From: Curvularia clavata
Taxonomy: Eukaryota
Length of the DNA stretch: 64,000 nt
NCBI GenBank assembly: GCA_023920165.1
Contig: CP089280.1
Coordinates: 2,542,001 to 2,606,000, forward strand
Reading direction: 5' to 3'
Numbering within the stretch: position 1 is the first letter of the stretch; the number at the start of each line of letters is the position of its first letter. The position numbers were made by a program, and so were the translations under genes. Of the stretch, positions 61,168 through 64,000 are shown in pieces. The notes under the pieces are model-generated. The model was given only the letters and a program-made list of their open reading frames with translations. It was not told where the DNA came from and did no database searches.

Positions 61168-64000
61168 TGTTAAGAGTATAATCTCGAGTGGAAGTAATAT
61201 AAGACTTCTAGTGTCAAGATCTTCTTAGGTTGGTTTTCGCGGATAAAGCAACAGTGTATTATAAACGGGGTTCTACAGTAACTATTATATTATAGGTACT
61301 ATACTTGTAACTTAAGTTGAACATATCGAGCTATAAGGGCTCAATACCTATTCCTATATACTTATAGTGCTCGCAATCCTTAGTCAGAAAAGTCTAAGTA
61401 ACCCTCGGTAGCTTATATACGAGGAGCATTTCTCTATAGCTTATACACGAGGAGTCTGCCAAGACCCTTCCTCAGACATACGCCACTAAGAAGATTATAT
61501 AATACGTGCCCCCGCGTTATATATAGCTAGGTCGACTGGTCGTCAATACTTCTTAACTTAACCGCCATGCCTCTTCCTCCCAGATTTATAACACCATCCT
61601 CCTCCTCCCTAAGCTTATCCTCAAGCTTTTCCTTATACCTAGCTAATAATGTCTACTCCCAGGTCTAAAGAACATCTTCGTCTTACTCTTAAGATTCGTC
61701 ACAACAGTCTCCCCGCGCCTATCCCCTGCGATTATTATTTTGCGAACAACTATCAGTGCGTCACGATACCCAAAGTCGACAGCAAGCGTTTGAAGTGCTC
61801 TAAGTGCACTCGTCTAGATCATCTATATATTAATATATCGTGGGTGTCGTTAGACAAGACTCATAAAGAGTATCAAAAGAAAGTAGATAAAGATAAGCAA
61901 TTGTTAGCTCAAGTAATTTCGCGGTTAATACGAAATAAGAAGATTCTAAAGCAGGCTAAGGAACGTGCTACAAAGAAGACCATATGTTTAGCGAATTTCT
62001 TGCGCGAAGGTGGTGATGACGTGAATGCGCAAGAGTCCTTGAACTGCCCCGCGGCTGACGCGTTAGTGGGGTTCTCGCCTGTTATGTAGAGCACTTTAGG
62101 TTCCCTAGATGCCCTAGCGTCGTCCTCGAATTCTGGCGATGCTCCTATTTTTTCTTCCTAATAGTAAGTTCTTTTTATAGTTTTATAGTATCTTTTAGCA
62201 ATTACTAAGATTATCCTCTAGTTTCTATATATTTTCGCTGTTATCGTATCTTAACTATTTAACTAAATACTTGGTTTTGTTGCACGTAGTTTAGTGTACT
62301 AGGATTTTCTCGACTTCGAATTCGTCTTCTTCTTCTAGTTCGAAATAGAATATTTTTTGTAATAGTGTTTTAGGGTCTGCAGGTTTTAATAACTTAATAT
62401 AAAACCTTAGATATATTTTTATATCTAGTAGTAGATCGAGTATATAGATAACTAGTCTGTTCTAGGCTTTAATTAAAAATAGCCTGACATAAATATTGTC
62501 TAATCCCTTGCTTAGTTGTGTCGTGCGAAGGTTCTTCGTGAGTAGATATACTTTATTTCTCTTTTTTAGCTAAGATACTATTTTTCTTTTCTGGTTGATA
62601 TATAAGATGCTTTAGTATTGAGCCTTTTTGAGTAATTCTCGTAGTTCTTCGTATATTTTCTTTATTTCTTTAGCCGTAGCGATGGCTGCTTCTATTTTTA
62701 AACTTGGTAACGTTCTAGTAAAGAGATTTGGGTGTCTTCTGTGGTTTGCGTAAAATAGTGTTTATTTCGTTGATTCTGATAATTTGTTGTTGTATACTAG
62801 TTGTACTATAGGTAGTAATTATATCTAATTATTTTGCTGATAGTTGGCGTATATTTGTAGGTATGTTTTCATCATACAGTTTGTCCTTTCTGTTTGTCCA
62901 TTAGTTTTAGGGTGGTATACTGTAGACAGCTTTCGCTTAGTATCTATTTCTGCTTGGAGTGTAGTCTAGAAGTTGGATATAAAGAGCTTATCTCTATCGC
63001 TAATAATTGATTTTAGTATTCTGTATCGTCTGATAATAACGTCTAGAAAGATATACGCTAGTTTAACTATATTATAGTCTTTCCTAAATTTCCTGAATTC
63101 TGCGTATTTCGTAAATCTGTCAATAATAACTAGTATCGCGTCATAGATTGCGCCGGTAATAGGGTCTATTAATAGTAGTAATCCTGTAACGAAGTCTATA
63201 GAGATGTCTGCCCAAGGGGTGTTTAGCAGTTCTAGTACTTGCATTTCTCCGTGTGGTGCGTGTATACTATGCTTATTCTTCTAACAGTGTTTATATTTAG
63301 CGATGAAGACTACAACCTTTTCTTTCATTTTGCTAAATTCGAAGTTCCTTCGAATTAGTTCCATTATTCTGGCGATCCCGGGATGTCCATATATGGGGTC
63401 GTCGTGATGTTGCTGAATAATTGCTTCCTGCTAGTCTTTAGATATATCGTTCCCGATTGTTATAAGCAGATTAAGCTTATATACTGGATTTAATATTCCG
63501 TCTTTATTTATCTAGAGTATCGGTCGGTCTATAATAGTTTTAGTTTCTATAACGTCTAGCCTTCTGCTAAGAGCGTCTACTCTGCTGTTATCTTTTCCTG
63601 GTGTGTATACGATCTTGAATTTGTATTGCCCGAGCAATTCAGCCTATTAGGTCTGTCGGCGGTTAAGAACCTTGGTGGTGGTGAAGTGGGTTAAGTTCTT
63701 ATGATCCGTGTATATAGTGAGTTCTAAGCAGCTATATACGTAGACTCTCTAGTGTTATATACAGGCTACTATAGCTAGTAGTTCTTTGTCGTGTATGTCG
63801 TATCGTTCTTCTGGTCCTAAGAGCTTCCTTAAGTAGTATGCTATTGGGTGCCATTTGCTATCGATATAGATGCTGGCGCATCCTCCTAGGGCTAGGTCTA
63901 ATGTGTTAGTTTTAAATTTCAGTAGTACTTCTAGAATGAATATTCTGAAGTATAGTAGTGTAGTGTATACTTTCTTAATTGTCTTAAAGGCGTTATCTGC
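61168..64000 (-). mobile_element. Ty3/Gypsy family B copy 2 (3' LTR, chromodomain, integrase, RNaseH; runs off the window)
   Basis: LTR 61168-61593 is homologous to 49984-50410; internal sequence is colinear with copy B1. Confidence 0.95.
61649..62089 (+). CDS. Antisense accessory ORF of Gypsy B2 (146 aa open; two Cys RIP-mutated to Tyr)
   Basis: Open ORF homologous to 50466-50906: CDYY-x6-C-x12-CSKC-x6-Y, then the coiled coil. Confidence 0.8.
   Translation: MSTPRSKEHLRLTLKIRHNSLPAPIPCDYYFANNYQCVTIPKVDSKRLKCSKCTRLDHLYINISWVSLDKTHKEYQKKVDKDKQLLAQVISRLIRNKKILKQAKERATKKTICLANFLREGGDDVNAQESLNCPAADALVGFSPVM

Noticed and set aside
1..64000. CRISPR arrays, rRNA or tRNA genes
   Set aside because: None recognised; the sequence is eukaryotic and its repeats are explained by LTRs, TIR sub-repeats and a coding minisatellite.

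Overview
Filamentous ascomycete genomic DNA, probably Dothideomycete (spliceosomal GT-AG introns, Zn2Cys6 genes, Molly/Pot2-like TIR, pervasive RIP). The window has two compartments. (1) 1-~40.3 kb is a gene-containing accessory-type region with many decayed genes. It holds a secondary-metabolite-like remnant (DHA14 MFS, pseudogenised C6 TF, Pth11-like protein, O-methyltransferase), an intronless CadD-family transporter, a putative hydroxy-amino-acid catabolic module (permease pseudogene, C6 TF, aspartate aminotransferase, HpcH aldolase), a PhyH-like dioxygenase with a CocE relic and MFS, and a UNC-93-like MFS with a FAD oxidoreductase that share a promoter motif. (2) ~40.3-64 kb is an AT-rich, RIP-mutated nest of transposons that can be resolved by TSDs: a Fot1/Molly-like DNA transposon containing a Gypsy (family A), a solo LTR and a Copia, and the Copia in turn contains two Gypsy copies of family B. 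The most striking signal: both Gypsy families, whose LTRs do not align, carry an extra ORF antisense to gag-pol that starts just inside the 3' LTR. It encodes a canonical-spacing Zn(II)2Cys6 cluster plus coiled coil, and the LTRs contain repeated CGG motifs. This is a candidate retrotransposon-encoded transcriptional regulator system. Exon boundaries were read by eye and no database searches were run.
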